This document shows, one piece after another, positions 19,657-29,673 of a DNA stretch of 64,000 nucleotides. Under the pieces are notes generated by a model. That model saw only the letters and a program-made list of their open reading frames with translations. It did not search any database and was not told the origin of the DNA. Position 1 is the stretch's first letter. The number at the start of each line of letters is the position of its first letter. The stretch spans positions 576,001-640,000 of the forward strand of contig CAVUVW010000013.1 of assembly GCA_963745035.1 (NCBI GenBank), written 5' to 3'. The position numbers and the translations under genes are program-made. The DNA comes from an uncultured delta proteobacterium. GTDB lineage: Bacteria; Desulfobacterota; Binatia; UBA9968.

Positions 19657-19784
19657 GTCTTTCCTCCCCCGGGCAGTTAGCCAGTGCTTACACAGTCCCT
19701 GCCCGGCCGTCAATCGGTAAACCATGTAGCTGCCTGCGAAAAACGCTTTGCGTTGTTCGCCGAGATTGTTGTAAGAACGCTCGC

Positions 19785-20756
19785 ATGAAGATCAAGCTCG
19801 TCGCCGGCTTTTTGGCACTGGCCGCTTATTTCGCTGCCCTCAATTGCGCCCGAGGCCAGGAAAAGGTGCGCGTCGCCATCTCCAATTTCTCGGCGTCGTA
19901 CATTTCCATGCACATCGCGCAGAAGCGCGGCTATTACGCCGAGGAAGGCATGATCGTGGAGGTCATTCTCATGGCCGGCCTGACGAGCACGCGCGCGCTC
20001 ATCGGCAACAGCGTCGAGCTCGGCTCGGCCAGCAATCCCACGGCGGCGGTGCAGGGCGCAAAGCTGAAAATTTTGATGGTCTTCAACGACAAGCCGCCCG
20101 GCATGCTGGTCGCACAGCCGGCGATCAAGAGCGTGGCCGATCTGCGCGGCAAGCGCATCGGCGGCTCGACGGTCGGGAGCTTGGAATACGGCTGGATGAA
20201 AGAGCTGCTGCCCAAGTTCGGCCTGCAACTCGAGAAGGACGTCACGTTCGTCCCGGTGGGATCGACCAGCACCCGCTTCACCGCGCTACGAGCGGGCACC
20301 ATCGACGCCTCGCCGCTCAGCCCGCCGTCGAACTTTCTGGCGCAGGACGCCGGCTTTCCCGTGCTGCTGCGCACCGCCGATCATCTCGAAGACATCCAGG
20401 CATCGATCGTCGCCACCGACGAGCGCCTGGCGCGCCAGGGCGACATGGTGCGCCGCTTCATGCGCGCGACGGTCAAAGGAAAAGATTATTACTTGGCGCA
20501 TCGCCAGGAGGGCATCACCGCGATCATGGAATTCACCCGCCACAAAGATCGCGAGCTCATGGCGCGGGTATACGACGACCATATGAAAACCATCGCGCGC
20601 GACGGAACCATCCCCGAGCGACTGCAGCAAATCGTCATCGACCGGAGCAAACGCCTCACCGGCGTTACCCGCGACGTGCGGCCGGAAGAGATTTTCGACT
20701 TTTCGTTCATCCGCAAAGCCCAAGCCGAAGTGACGCAAAGCGGCTGGAAGCCGTAA
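19785..20756 (+). CDS. ABC transporter substrate-binding protein (NMT1/SsuA-like)
   Basis: Signal peptide, IA..RGYY.EEG..VE, DLRGKRIG, R..AL..G.IDA. Confidence 0.85.
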   Translation: MKIKLVAGFLALAAYFAALNCARGQEKVRVAISNFSASYISMHIAQKRGYYAEEGMIVEVILMAGLTSTRALIGNSVELGSASNPTAAVQGAKLKILMVFNDKPPGMLVAQPAIKSVADLRGKRIGGSTVGSLEYGWMKELLPKFGLQLEKDVTFVPVGSTSTRFTALRAGTIDASPLSPPSNFLAQDAGFPVLLRTADHLEDIQASIVATDERLARQGDMVRRFMRATVKGKDYYLAHRQEGITAIMEFTRHKDRELMARVYDDHMKTIARDGTIPERLQQIVIDRSKRLTGVTRDVRPEEIFDFSFIRKAQAEVTQSGWKP

Positions 20757-20807
20757 TGTAGGCTATTTCACCTTCGATAAACCTCAGTCATGTTGGCTGA
20801 GCCTGCA

Positions 20808-20912
20808 TGTCATTCCGAGGAGCATCGCGACGAGGAAGCTGCTTTTCCTCGAGTGTCTGAGCGTGAGCAAGCAGAGAACAAGCAGATCCTTCGGCTCCGC
20901 CTCAGGATGACA
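20808..20912. repeat. Palindromic intergenic element with TGTCAT...ATGACA termini
   Basis: TGTCATTCCGAGG (20808) and CCTCAGGATGACA (20900) are near-perfect inverted termini; lies between convergent genes. Confidence 0.75.
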
Positions 20913-21016
20913 CCAAGAAAAGACTGTGAAAGCACTGTAATCCAATCACAAACGTGTGCTCTATTCTTCGCCTCGCGCTCTGGGAGAGGCCGCCGCGAAG
21001 CTGCGGTGAGGCAACT

Positions 21017-21916
21017 CTACTTCAACCATCCCCGTTCTCGATAAGCCTTCACCGCTCCCGGGTGCAGCGCCACGCCGCCGAACTCGAAAGCCGAAGCGCC
21101 GTTTGTGCGCAGCGGTTCGAAAAGATCTTTTAGCCCTTTGAACAGCGGATTCATCCGCGGCAGCTCATCGAGATTGCCGCTGATCGCCTTGGCCATGTCA
21201 TAGACGACGTTTTCGGGGATGCGCTGGTGCGTGACGATGACGTTGATCACCCCCACCTGCGTCACGTCCTCGACGACGCCGCGAAAAACATTCTTCTCCA
21301 TCACCACCGGCCGATAAAACGGCACCTGCGCAAGAATCTTGTCCATTTGGCCCGGAGCGAAGGGAACGACTCGGATATCGGCGCGGCGGCTGAGATCGGT
21401 CAACACTTTATTCGGGATCGGCGGATGAAACTGCGCGTCGATCTTGCCGGCGACCAAGGCATCCGCGCCCTCCGCGAAGCCCATGTGCGCCGGCGCGAAG
21501 CTGGCCAATGAAATTCCCAACACGCCGAAGATCGTGTGGATGTGCTGCTCCATGCCGCTGCCCCTGGTGCCGATCGCGATTCGTTTTCCCTTGAAGTCGG
21601 CCACGGACTCGATCGGCGAGCTCGCGAGCTTGACGAAACACATGGGTCCGGCATTGGCCGGCGCGACCATGCGCACCGCGATCGGCCTGGTGAACGGCGC
21701 AGCTGCGTCCTTGGCGCGGCCGATCCAATTCGACGCCATGAAACCGAACTCGAGCTCGCCGCGATCGAGCTGCTCGGCGTTGTGAATGCTCGCGTCGGTG
21801 GTCTGCACGACGCACTTGTCGCTTTCCGCCCGCCCGCGATTGAACAGCTCGACGATTGCCTGGCCTTGAGTGTAAAACGTGCCGCCGTGCTCCGAAGTGC
21901 CGATTCTGATTGCCAT
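21017..21916 (-). CDS. TAXI-family TRAP transporter solute receptor
   Basis: IGT...GGTFY..G, T.AS..N, D.KGKRI.IG..GSG, LHPGA..AY.E.G. ATG at 21916 after GGAGG; no clear signal peptide. Confidence 0.85.
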   Translation of the reverse strand: MAIRIGTSEHGGTFYTQGQAIVELFNRGRAESDKCVVQTTDASIHNAEQLDRGELEFGFMASNWIGRAKDAAAPFTRPIAVRMVAPANAGPMCFVKLASSPIESVADFKGKRIAIGTRGSGMEQHIHTIFGVLGISLASFAPAHMGFAEGADALVAGKIDAQFHPPIPNKVLTDLSRRADIRVVPFAPGQMDKILAQVPFYRPVVMEKNVFRGVVEDVTQVGVINVIVTHQRIPENVVYDMAKAISGNLDELPRMNPLFKGLKDLFEPLRTNGASAFEFGGVALHPGAVKAYRERGWLK

Positions 21917-22071
21917 CCGTGTTCCTCCGTTTACTCGAACGAGCTCATTTCCCTTTACACCACGCCGCCGTCGACGCTGCAAATTGGCATCTTCTCGGCT
22001 TCCGCGACCGCCCAAAGCGGATCGTGGACTTCCCGGTGAGCTTGCGCTACAAGCCATCGCATGGCGCCTTT

Positions 22072-23205
22072 GTGAATCCGCAAAGACAACAGGATCGGCA
22101 CTTTTATAATTGGTTAAAGAACGTAAAGCCCAGTCGGCTTGGCTTGTTGTGGTTCTTTCTTGTCTCGATTTTGCTTCACGCCGGTCTACTTTGGCACCTC
22201 CGTTTCATTTCCCGCCACGTCCCGCGCCCTTTGATCTTTTCTAAAATTGCCATCGTTGCCGGTGAAGCCGAAACGCTCCCACCGGCGCAAGCGACGACTC
22301 AAACACCGTCGCCCGCTCGGACCTTCGCTGTGCCGCGCGATAGAAACGTCGCCTCGTCAGGAGTGAAAGATCCAGCGGCTTCCCGCAGCGAATCGTCTGC
22401 CGGGACCGGCAACACGGCAACCGGCGGGGAAGTTTCAGCGGGATCCGGCAACGTAGTCACCGACGACGGCGGAGTCGGTTTTGCCGGATCGGATTCCTCC
22501 GGCGGCGCCGTTAAACCGCTGGAAAGCGGACCGGGAAGCGGCGGCAGCGGACCGGCGAAGGGCAAAGGACAGCCTGCGCCCGCCAGAGGCGCTCCTTCCG
22601 CCGCCGAGAGCTCGGTGATCGCCATTCCGCCGGCGATCCAGCGCACCACGTCGCCCTACGAAAGCGAGGTTTACGCGGAAGCCGACTTCTACACGCTGTT
22701 TACTCCGGACCTGCGCGTTAGCGTCAACGTTCCAGGCAACGAGGTCTGCCTGGACGGAGAGATCCTGCGCACCCATGAACAGAAGATCCTGACTCAGCGG
22801 GTCACCGATATTTCCAAATGTCGCTACGAACTCCAGGGCGACGATCAGGAGCGGATGCGCTGCCCCCCGGAGGCTCATACGACAATCGTTACCTACGATC
22901 ATTATTTCTCCTCACCGATCAAATACATCGTGAATGTTTGCGCGGCTTACGACCAGTCGAGTTGTTATATTAACATGCGCGATGACGGACCGGACCAGGA
23001 AGTCTGCCGCGTCCGCGGAAATTACGAAGGGATCTGGGCCGCCGGCACGATGTTCCATTATCCCTGCATGAAATCCTCGAGCCAGTCGTTCAGTCATCCT
23101 CTGCAATACGAAGTTCGCTTTGTGCAGAACATCGAATTCCCCGATGCGCGGATGCGCCGCAGAGTATTGCTGCGAGAGAAGCGGCCGGTCGCGCCGTGCC
23201 GATAG
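22072..23205 (+). CDS. Hypothetical membrane-anchored protein with Gly/Ser/Pro linker and Cys-rich C-terminal domain (start uncertain)
   Basis: TM segment LVSILLHAGLL, low-complexity linker, eight Cys in the last ~155 aa. Confidence 0.65.
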   Translation: MNPQRQQDRHFYNWLKNVKPSRLGLLWFFLVSILLHAGLLWHLRFISRHVPRPLIFSKIAIVAGEAETLPPAQATTQTPSPARTFAVPRDRNVASSGVKDPAASRSESSAGTGNTATGGEVSAGSGNVVTDDGGVGFAGSDSSGGAVKPLESGPGSGGSGPAKGKGQPAPARGAPSAAESSVIAIPPAIQRTTSPYESEVYAEADFYTLFTPDLRVSVNVPGNEVCLDGEILRTHEQKILTQRVTDISKCRYELQGDDQERMRCPPEAHTTIVTYDHYFSSPIKYIVNVCAAYDQSSCYINMRDDGPDQEVCRVRGNYEGIWAAGTMFHYPCMKSSSQSFSHPLQYEVRFVQNIEFPDARMRRRVLLREKRPVAPCR

Positions 23206-23339
23206 CCGTGGTCCCCTGCGCCCGGTAAGGGATCGCCGTATTGACGTAGCAACTCGAACTGTACTAAGCCTTCGAGCATAGAGCCCCACGATTCGGGACG
23301 TCTCGCACAACGTTCTAAGTCAACCCGAAAGGACACGCT

Positions 23340-24458
23340 ATGGCCATCATCGATTTGGATTCTCACCTGCGCGACGGCTGGATGCTCGACGACATTTATC
23401 GATTGCCCGAGCCGTTCGCGAAATACTCGCCCAAGCGGATCGGCGACGGCAAATATTTTTACTCCAAGTTCGAGCACGATCTTTCGCCGATGGAAGATCC
23501 GGTCGCCAACGCCAACTTCAAAAAGCCGGTGACCCACCAGGTATTTTACAATCCGGAGGCGAACCAGCGCGGCAACGAGGTCATGCGCTGGCAGCAGGGC
23601 GGCTACGACATGGAATACCGCCTGAAAGACAACGCCCGCGAAGGCGTCGACTTTCAATTAATCTTTCCCACGCAAATCGACATTCCGTCGCAGAATCCCG
23701 GCGCGCTGGGAGCAACGGTCGCTCGCGCTTACAATGATTGGGCGCACAAGCTCGTCGCCGGCCATCGCGATCAGCTCTCACCCGTCGCCATGATGCCGGC
23801 GGGCTGTCCCGAGCAGATGGCAAGCGAATTGCGCCATTGCGTCAACGATTTGGGCTGCAAGGCTGCCCATCTCGTGAGTTACACCAAAGAGCGGCAGATG
23901 GACGATCCCGTCTTCTTTCCCTTCTACGAAGCGGCGCAGGAGCTCGACATCCCGCTTTTCTGCCATCCGAGCACGCTCGGCGACTCCGGCACGCTGATCA
24001 ACCGACAAACTCATTTTTTCCCGATGCACATCCTCGGCCGGCCGCTCAACTGCGTCGCTCCGCTCGTCGCCATGGTGCTCGGCGGAGTCTTCGAAAAATA
24101 TCCACGCCTCAAAGTCGTGTTCTTCGAGGTCACGGCCGAGTTTTTGGTCTTCTGGATGCACCGCATGGACGACGACTACGAGGTTATAAAGGACGCCGGC
24201 ATGTGCCCGCAGCTAAGCATGACGCCGTCCGAATACGTGAAGCGAAACTGTTACATCACCTGCGAGTCCGACGAGAAGTGGCTGCCGCTCGCGCTCGCCG
24301 AAGTCGGCGAGACCCACGTGCTCATGGCGACGGACTATCCCCACTTCGATTCGACTTTCCCCAACACCGTGAGCGGCATCCGGGAGCGGCCGGATATTTC
24401 GCCGAAGCAGAAAAAATTGATTCTCGAAGACAACGCGCTGAACTTGATCCGTCTTTAA
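23340..24458 (+). CDS. Amidohydrolase family protein (Amidohydro_2-like)
   Basis: IIDLDSH, RAYNDW, PLFCHP, ATDYPHFD. Confidence 0.9.
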   Translation: MAIIDLDSHLRDGWMLDDIYRLPEPFAKYSPKRIGDGKYFYSKFEHDLSPMEDPVANANFKKPVTHQVFYNPEANQRGNEVMRWQQGGYDMEYRLKDNAREGVDFQLIFPTQIDIPSQNPGALGATVARAYNDWAHKLVAGHRDQLSPVAMMPAGCPEQMASELRHCVNDLGCKAAHLVSYTKERQMDDPVFFPFYEAAQELDIPLFCHPSTLGDSGTLINRQTHFFPMHILGRPLNCVAPLVAMVLGGVFEKYPRLKVVFFEVTAEFLVFWMHRMDDDYEVIKDAGMCPQLSMTPSEYVKRNCYITCESDEKWLPLALAEVGETHVLMATDYPHFDSTFPNTVSGIRERPDISPKQKKLILEDNALNLIRL

Positions 24459-24471
24459 CCGACGAGGTTGT

Positions 24472-24571
24472 TCACCACGAAGGACGTAAGAGCACCAAGT
24501 CTTGTGTAGGGGCTGATTTTAAACCCGCCCCTACATCCAATTCTTCGTGCTCTTCGTGACCTTCGTGGTGA
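24472..24571. repeat. Nested palindromes: CACGAAG-type element containing a GTAG REP-like hairpin
   Basis: Perfect 12-bp inverted repeat TCACCACGAAGG/CCTTCGTGGTGA with 9-nt-period CTTCGTG units. Internal TGTAGGGGC/GCCCCTACA at 24505-24535. Confidence 0.85.
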
Positions 24572-24596
24572 GAAATTTTCTCCAGGAGAACTATCA

Positions 24597-25601
24597 ATGA
24601 CTCGCCAAGCGATGCTCGCGCTCTCCCTCAGTCTATTCTTTCCGATTACCGCTGACGCTCAGGATGCCAAGCTCGTCGACGCCGCTAAGAAGGAAAGCGG
24701 CGCGATCGTCGCCTACGGCTCACTGGAATCGAACACGGTCGAGCCGATCATCGAAGCGTTCAAGAAAAAAACCGGGTTGACGGTGGAATACTGGCGCGCG
24801 TCGGCGACCAAGGTCATGGACCGCGCTCTCGCCGAGTTTCGCGCCGGCAAATCGGTCTTCGACGTCATGGTGAACAACAGCGGCGCAATTCACGTGATGA
24901 AGAAAGACGGCCTGTTTGCGAAATACATCTCGCCCGCTGCAAAAGCTTTCCCCACAGAAGTCATCGATCCGCAAGTCGGCCCGGTCTATCGCAACACGCC
25001 GGTCGGGATCGTTTACAACAAAGGCCAGGTCAGCGCCGCCGACGCGCCAAAATCCCTCGAAGATCTGCTCAATCCCAAATACAAGGGCAAGTTCGTCATG
25101 CCCGATCCGACCCAGCACACGACCACGCTCCAGTGGCTGTCGAGCTTGTACAAGATCATGGGTAAGGAAAAAGCCGACAAATTCATCCGCGATCTAGGCG
25201 CAACCAAGCCGCTGATGGTCGAATCCTTCGCGCCGTCGGCAGAGCGCGTGTCGACCGGCGAGACGCCGATCGCGATCAGCCTCATCCGCTACACGGTGAC
25301 CTACGGCGAGAAAGGCGCTCCGGTGGATTACGTGCGCCTCGGCAAAATGCTGAGCACCGGACAATATTTGGCGCTCAGCAGCAAGGCGGGTCGTCCCAAC
25401 GGCGGCAAAGCCTTTATCGATTTCTTTCTCGGCGACGAGAGCATGAGAATCCTCGCCAAGATGGGCGAGTTCGTGAATCGCAAAGGAATCTACCCGCCGC
25501 TGCCCGGTGCAGACAAAGTTCAATCGGTGGAGATGGACGACTTCGACGCGAATCAGTTCAAGGAAAAGGCTCAGGAGCTGCAAAAGATCTTTTTGAAGTA
25601 G
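24597..25601 (+). CDS. ABC transporter extracellular solute-binding protein (Fe3+/polyamine/thiamine-like)
   Basis: Signal peptide, AAKKE, F.KKTG, YN...V....APKS.EDLLNPKYKGK, PNG.KAFIDF.L. Confidence 0.85.
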   Translation: MTRQAMLALSLSLFFPITADAQDAKLVDAAKKESGAIVAYGSLESNTVEPIIEAFKKKTGLTVEYWRASATKVMDRALAEFRAGKSVFDVMVNNSGAIHVMKKDGLFAKYISPAAKAFPTEVIDPQVGPVYRNTPVGIVYNKGQVSAADAPKSLEDLLNPKYKGKFVMPDPTQHTTTLQWLSSLYKIMGKEKADKFIRDLGATKPLMVESFAPSAERVSTGETPIAISLIRYTVTYGEKGAPVDYVRLGKMLSTGQYLALSSKAGRPNGGKAFIDFFLGDESMRILAKMGEFVNRKGIYPPLPGADKVQSVEMDDFDANQFKEKAQELQKIFLK

Positions 25602-25606
25602 GAGGC

Positions 25607-26008
25607 ATGGCCATGGCTACTCGAGAATATCTCAAGAGCGACGCGCGCCAGCGCGAGCGCGCCTATTCACCCGCGGTCAAGATCACCGGCGGCACGACGA
25701 TCTATCTGGCCGGCCACACGGGTTATCAGGATGAGCGCGGCGAGACCTACCCCAATAACTTCGATGGCCAAGTGCGCGTCGCTTTCGAGCGTATGCGCAA
25801 GACTCTCGAAGCCGCTGGCGGTAAACTCGAGGATGTCGTGACCATGACCGTCTTTGTCACCGACATGGCCAACGGCACCCGCTTCACCCAGCTACGCAAG
25901 GAATTTTTTCAGGAGGACCGCTACCCCGCCAGCGCGCTCATCGGCATCAAAGAGCTTGCGCGCCCGGAAATGATGATCGAGATTCAAGCCATCGCGGTCG
26001 TAAACTGA
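25607..26008 (+). CDS. Rid (YjgF/YER057c/UK114) family protein
   Basis: YSPAV, IYLAG, LEAAGG.LEDVV, YPASALIGI..LA, IEIQAIAV. Confidence 0.9.
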   Translation: MAMATREYLKSDARQRERAYSPAVKITGGTTIYLAGHTGYQDERGETYPNNFDGQVRVAFERMRKTLEAAGGKLEDVVTMTVFVTDMANGTRFTQLRKEFFQEDRYPASALIGIKELARPEMMIEIQAIAVVN

Positions 26009-26127
26009 CAATCATACATCGCTTTTGTCATTTCGACCGTAGGGAAAAATCTTTCTTATCCCTCAAATGCGTTCGCATGACGCTTTGTGTCTCGAGCAAC
26101 TACCACCCTTTCAAGCAGGAGGTATCC

Positions 26128-26496
26128 ATGGAATCCCCGTTCAAAGTCACCGGCATCGATCACGTAGTTCTCCATGTCAAAGATTTGCCTCGCGCGAGAA
26201 AGTTCTACGTCGACTTTCTCGGCCTGGAAGTCGACCATGAACGCGATTGGCAGTGCTTTTTAAAGTGCGGCAGTCAAGGCATCGCGCTCTTCGAAGTCGA
26301 AGAAGGCGAAGACGTCCACGGCGGCAGCGAGGTGAATCATATGGCCCTCCAGTTGGTTTCAGGCGACTACGCGCGCGTCAAAAAGACTCTGGAAAACGCC
26401 GGCATCGAAGTTCACGGCCGCCAGGGCGACCCGCACTGCGTCTACTTCCGTGACCCTGACGGCCATCAACTGCAACTGTTGATGCCGAATGATTGA
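26128..26496 (+). CDS. VOC/glyoxalase family protein
   Basis: IDHVVL.V.DL..A..FY..LGL, NHMAL, YFRDPDGHQLQL; AGGAGG RBS. Confidence 0.9.
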   Translation: MESPFKVTGIDHVVLHVKDLPRARKFYVDFLGLEVDHERDWQCFLKCGSQGIALFEVEEGEDVHGGSEVNHMALQLVSGDYARVKKTLENAGIEVHGRQGDPHCVYFRDPDGHQLQLLMPND

Positions 26497-26663
26497 GGAT
26501 CGGAGTTCGCCTGGATTCCCGTTAAAAACATGGGGAATGACGGGATGTGAGAAGACGAAAACACGGCGGAACCTGTCGCAGAATACAGTTATCTGATCAA
26601 ATAATGACAAGTTAACCACTTATCCTTGCTTTTCTTTCCTCAAAGCCGGACGCTTGACCCGGC

Positions 26664-28385
26664 ATGAACAAACAGCACGACGCTCTGACCGTCGCCCTTA
26701 CCGGCCAGCTTTCGCTTGTGCTCATCGTCGCTGCCGTCCTCGCTTTGGCGGCGTCACTGTTTCTCCTGCGGCGCTATCGGCGCGTGGTGATCAAGTCCAT
26801 GCAGCGTCGCAGCCGAAGCGAGATCGCAACCCCGACCGGCTTCATGCCGCCGGAAGAGCCGCACAAACCGCCGGAGACGCCGGCGACTTTTAACGTAATC
26901 GACGCGGCAGCGCTCGGCACCGCCGTTGTTAAAACTACTCTGCTCTACCGGCAACTCCGCCGGCAGCCGTGGATTGCCGCGGCAATCTACGCGGTCGCCG
27001 GTCTAGCCTTCGCGGCGACCATGACCGCTGCTTTTCTGTGGGCCGGCAAGATGGCGCTGCTGCCGCTGCGCTTTTCGTATCTGACTTGGGTCAACGCCTG
27101 GCCGGTAGTCCTCACGACCAATCTGGTCGCGACGGCAACGCGCCGCTGCCGCATCATCGGCTTAGTCCTCTATTTTAGCGTCGGAATTGCGCTGGGTATT
27201 CTCCTGCTTCAGCGCAGTCCGGATCTGACGACTTTTCAGCTCGCTTATCTCTGGTCAGACGCCAGCTTGATTCCTTCCGTTCTATTGCTGTTCTTTTTGA
27301 ATCGTCGCATTCGCTCCGTCGGGCCATTGGTTTTGATTTTTATGATCGTCGGCGCCATCGGAGCCACCTTGCTCGTTTCGGTGTCCGGCAGCAGCCCCAA
27401 GCTGCTCCGCGCCATTGTGAATTTCTCGCACACAATCGGCCTCGGCGCGGGCGCCACCGTGGTGAGTTTACATCTGCTCGGTTTCGCGGTTTTCGCCATT
27501 GTCGGCTGGGTGATTTTGGATTCTTTGCGTCAAATGTACGAACGAAAGTATCTGAGCGACCGATCCGTCACTGTCGGCACGATCTGGTTGATTTTCGGTA
27601 TCGTCAATTCGATGGGTCTCGTCTTTCAAGGCGCCTCCTGGATTCTCAGCGGGGTGGTTGCGTTCGTTGTTTTCAAAATGATCAGTGCGCTGGGGTTCTA
27701 TCTGGTGCGCCCAGGCAAGAATGCAATGGGGCCGCGGCTGCTCCTGCTTCGGGTCTTCGCTTTGGGAAGGCGCAGTGAACGCCTCTATGATGCCTTGGGC
27801 AAACACTGGCGCACCGCGGGCAGCATTCAGATGATCGCCGGCCCTGATCTCGCCACCACCACCGTCGAGCCCCATGAATTTCTCGATTTTGTGACCGGCA
27901 AAATGGCGCGCCGCTTCATCGACTCCGGACAAACTCTCGACCTGAGGATCGAGCAGATGGATCTCAAGCACGACAGCGACGCATACTATCGCGTCACCGA
28001 GTTCTTCTGCCACGATGACACGTGGAAAATCACGTTGGCTCGCCTCGCCGACGACAGCGACGCCGTGTTGATGGACTTGCGCGGCTTTTCGCAAGGCAAC
28101 ACCGGCTGTATTTTCGAAATCAACGAGCTTTTCAACCTCGTGCCGCTTCAGCGCGTCGTCTTCGTCGTCGACGACAGCACCGACCAGCAGTTCATGCAGG
28201 ACACCATGCAGGCGGCGTGGCGGCGGATCAAAGAGCGCTCGCCCAACCGGCGCGCCGACGCCGGCCGGATCTCACTCGTCCGACTTTCCCATCTTGGCGG
28301 CAGGGAACTGCGCAACTTGTTCTACGCGGTCAGCGCCGCGGCTGCAGGGACGACCGGCCGGTCATCCCTAGCCATAAATCGCTAG
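26664..28385 (+). CDS. Hypothetical polytopic membrane protein with C-terminal soluble alpha/beta domain
   Basis: About 9-10 hydrophobic segments, then LLLLRVF, DDTW, AVLMDLRGFS..NTGC.FE. Confidence 0.75.
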   Translation: MNKQHDALTVALTGQLSLVLIVAAVLALAASLFLLRRYRRVVIKSMQRRSRSEIATPTGFMPPEEPHKPPETPATFNVIDAAALGTAVVKTTLLYRQLRRQPWIAAAIYAVAGLAFAATMTAAFLWAGKMALLPLRFSYLTWVNAWPVVLTTNLVATATRRCRIIGLVLYFSVGIALGILLLQRSPDLTTFQLAYLWSDASLIPSVLLLFFLNRRIRSVGPLVLIFMIVGAIGATLLVSVSGSSPKLLRAIVNFSHTIGLGAGATVVSLHLLGFAVFAIVGWVILDSLRQMYERKYLSDRSVTVGTIWLIFGIVNSMGLVFQGASWILSGVVAFVVFKMISALGFYLVRPGKNAMGPRLLLLRVFALGRRSERLYDALGKHWRTAGSIQMIAGPDLATTTVEPHEFLDFVTGKMARRFIDSGQTLDLRIEQMDLKHDSDAYYRVTEFFCHDDTWKITLARLADDSDAVLMDLRGFSQGNTGCIFEINELFNLVPLQRVVFVVDDSTDQQFMQDTMQAAWRRIKERSPNRRADAGRISLVRLSHLGGRELRNLFYAVSAAAAGTTGRSSLAINR

Positions 28386-29332
28386 TGCCGATCGTGCCCG
28401 AACGTGCTTTTGTAGTCCCGCTGTAGCTCCTTGGGAATGAACTCGTCTTCGAGCTGATGAATTTTTTTGGCGGGAAGAATCGGGTCCTGGGTGCGCGGCA
28501 CCATGCCCCACCGGCTCGCCAGCGCCTGCTTGTTCCACTCTTCGAGCACTACGGGACCGCGCTCTTTAAATTCGTGCAGCAACTCCCAAGTCGCCTGCAG
28601 GCCGTTGGCGGTCGTCAGGCTTGGATAAAGCACCGCCGCGGCGCCGAGCTTTTCGAATTCCTCGAACGTCGGTGACGGGCGTGGGCCGTAGTAGGGCGCA
28701 ATCACCGGCGCGGGAATGCGCCGGCACGCCTCTTCGATTTCCTCGCGCTTGGTCAGCGTGTTTACCCAGATTGCATCGACGCCCCCTTCTTCCACGTAGG
28801 CGATGGACCGCTCGACCGCATCTTGAAAGTTGCCGCCTTCCGAGCCGATCGAATCGCAGCGCGCGCACACCACGAAATCGGGATCGAGCTCCTTTTTCCC
28901 CGCCACCGCGGCTTTGAATTTGCCGATCGCTTCCTCGCGGGAAATCAGGCGCCGGCCCGCCAGCGTGCCGGATTTTTTCGGCGCTTCCTGGTCTTCGATG
29001 TGCAGGCCCGCAGCGCCGGCGCGGATATACGCCTGCACCGTATGATAGACATTCACCGCATTGCCGTAGCCGGTATCGGCGTCCGCGAAGATGGGAATGT
29101 TGCACGCGGTAGTGAGCCGGCGCACCGCTTCGGTCATTTCGCTCAAACCGAGGAGCCCAACGTCCGGATAGCCGTAAACATAGGCGCACACCTGCGAGCC
29201 CGACATGAAGAATGCTTCATAGCCCAACACTTCTGACATGCGCGCGTGCAGCGGGCTGAAGCCGCCGGACATGACGAGCAGCTCGCTCCGCTTGAGCAGT
29301 TCACCGAATCTTGCCGTGAGTTTGTTTTCCAT
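28382..29332 (-). CDS. Isocitrate lyase/PEP mutase superfamily enzyme
   Basis: SG......GYPDVG, PIFADADTGYG, GLHIEDQ, VCARCD. Confidence 0.9.
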   Translation of the reverse strand: MENKLTARFGELLKRSELLVMSGGFSPLHARMSEVLGYEAFFMSGSQVCAYVYGYPDVGLLGLSEMTEAVRRLTTACNIPIFADADTGYGNAVNVYHTVQAYIRAGAAGLHIEDQEAPKKSGTLAGRRLISREEAIGKFKAAVAGKKELDPDFVVCARCDSIGSEGGNFQDAVERSIAYVEEGGVDAIWVNTLTKREEIEEACRRIPAPVIAPYYGPRPSPTFEEFEKLGAAAVLYPSLTTANGLQATWELLHEFKERGPVVLEEWNKQALASRWGMVPRTQDPILPAKKIHQLEDEFIPKELQRDYKSTFGHDRH

Positions 29333-29673
29333 AGAAAAATTTCCATATCACAACCCGGCGACGCGCGGAATGCGCACGTCGAGCCAGCTTAGTACGGCCC
29401 GGAACGCCTCCGAGGAAAACACCAGCGCGCCGGTCAATCTTTTTGACCCGGACGGCCAAAACTGTCATCGAGCCGCGCTAATTCGCCGTGGGGAAAAGCC
29501 GATTCGCCGGTACTTGGCTGTTTTCTGCGTAGCCCGTGAGTTGCTCTCTGCGGGACGAGAAGCGCGGGCTGCGAACTGCTGGCCGGCGCAAAGTAAGAAA
29601 AGGATCCGGCCCATGAACGGGACAAACCCACGGCTGACATCGGGAGAGCTCCTGGCGATCCCATACTCCGGCT

